Shown one piece after another: positions 63,745-64,000 of a stretch of DNA of 64,000 bases (its first letter is position 1; every line of letters begins with the position of its first letter). A program made the translations under genes and the position numbers. The stretch covers positions 552,544,001 to 552,608,000 of the forward strand of contig JBNRSN020000002.1 of NCBI GenBank assembly GCA_051313645.2, written 5' to 3'. The notes under the pieces were generated by a model, which was not told the DNA's origin, made no database searches, and saw only the letters and a program-made list of their open reading frames with translations. The DNA is from Centroscyllium fabricii (taxonomy: Eukaryota).

Positions 63745-64000
63745 TAAGAACATAAGAAATAGGAGCAGGAGTCGGCCATTCGGCCCCTCGAGCCTGCTCC
63801 ACCATTCAATAAGATCATGGCTGATCTTCTACCTTTCTCCACTTTCCTGCACCATCCCCATATCCCTTGATTCCCTTAATATTCAAAAACCTATCGATCT
63901 CTGTCTTGAATATACTCAACAACTGAGCCTCCACAGCCCTCTGCAGTAGAGAATTACAAAGATTCACTACCCTCGGAGTGAAGAAATTTCTCCTCATCTC
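63745..64000 (-). mobile_element. CR1 3' fragment (runs off window)
   Basis: MRRNFFTPRVVNLCNSL... plus tail. Confidence 0.9.

Overview
Vertebrate genomic DNA, most likely from a shark or other cartilaginous fish, judging by its HE1-type V-SINEs, CR1 LINEs, a DeuSINE and shark-type Penelope pseudo-LTRs. The window lies inside one large minus-strand gene for a Slo1/BK calcium-activated K+ channel alpha subunit (KCNMA1 or a Slo1-like paralog). Five GT-AG exons (111, 106, 83, 70 and 156 nt) splice into 175 in-frame codons of the RCK1 domain; the ORF track shows only one of them in its correct frame. The introns are dense with nested transposable elements: a full-length decayed Gypsy element (279-bp LTRs, CTTAC target duplication) with an LTR-complementary sequence in place of a tRNA primer site, two solo LTRs, CR1/L2/Rex1 LINE fragments, about ten HE1-like SINEs, several MITE families (one carrying a 1.3-kb GC-rich minisatellite), and multiple inverted Penelope-type insertions carrying minimal hammerhead ribozyme motifs. 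Almost all listed ORFs are TE remnants or spurious. Family names come from recall of consensus features, not database searches, and many TE boundaries are approximate.
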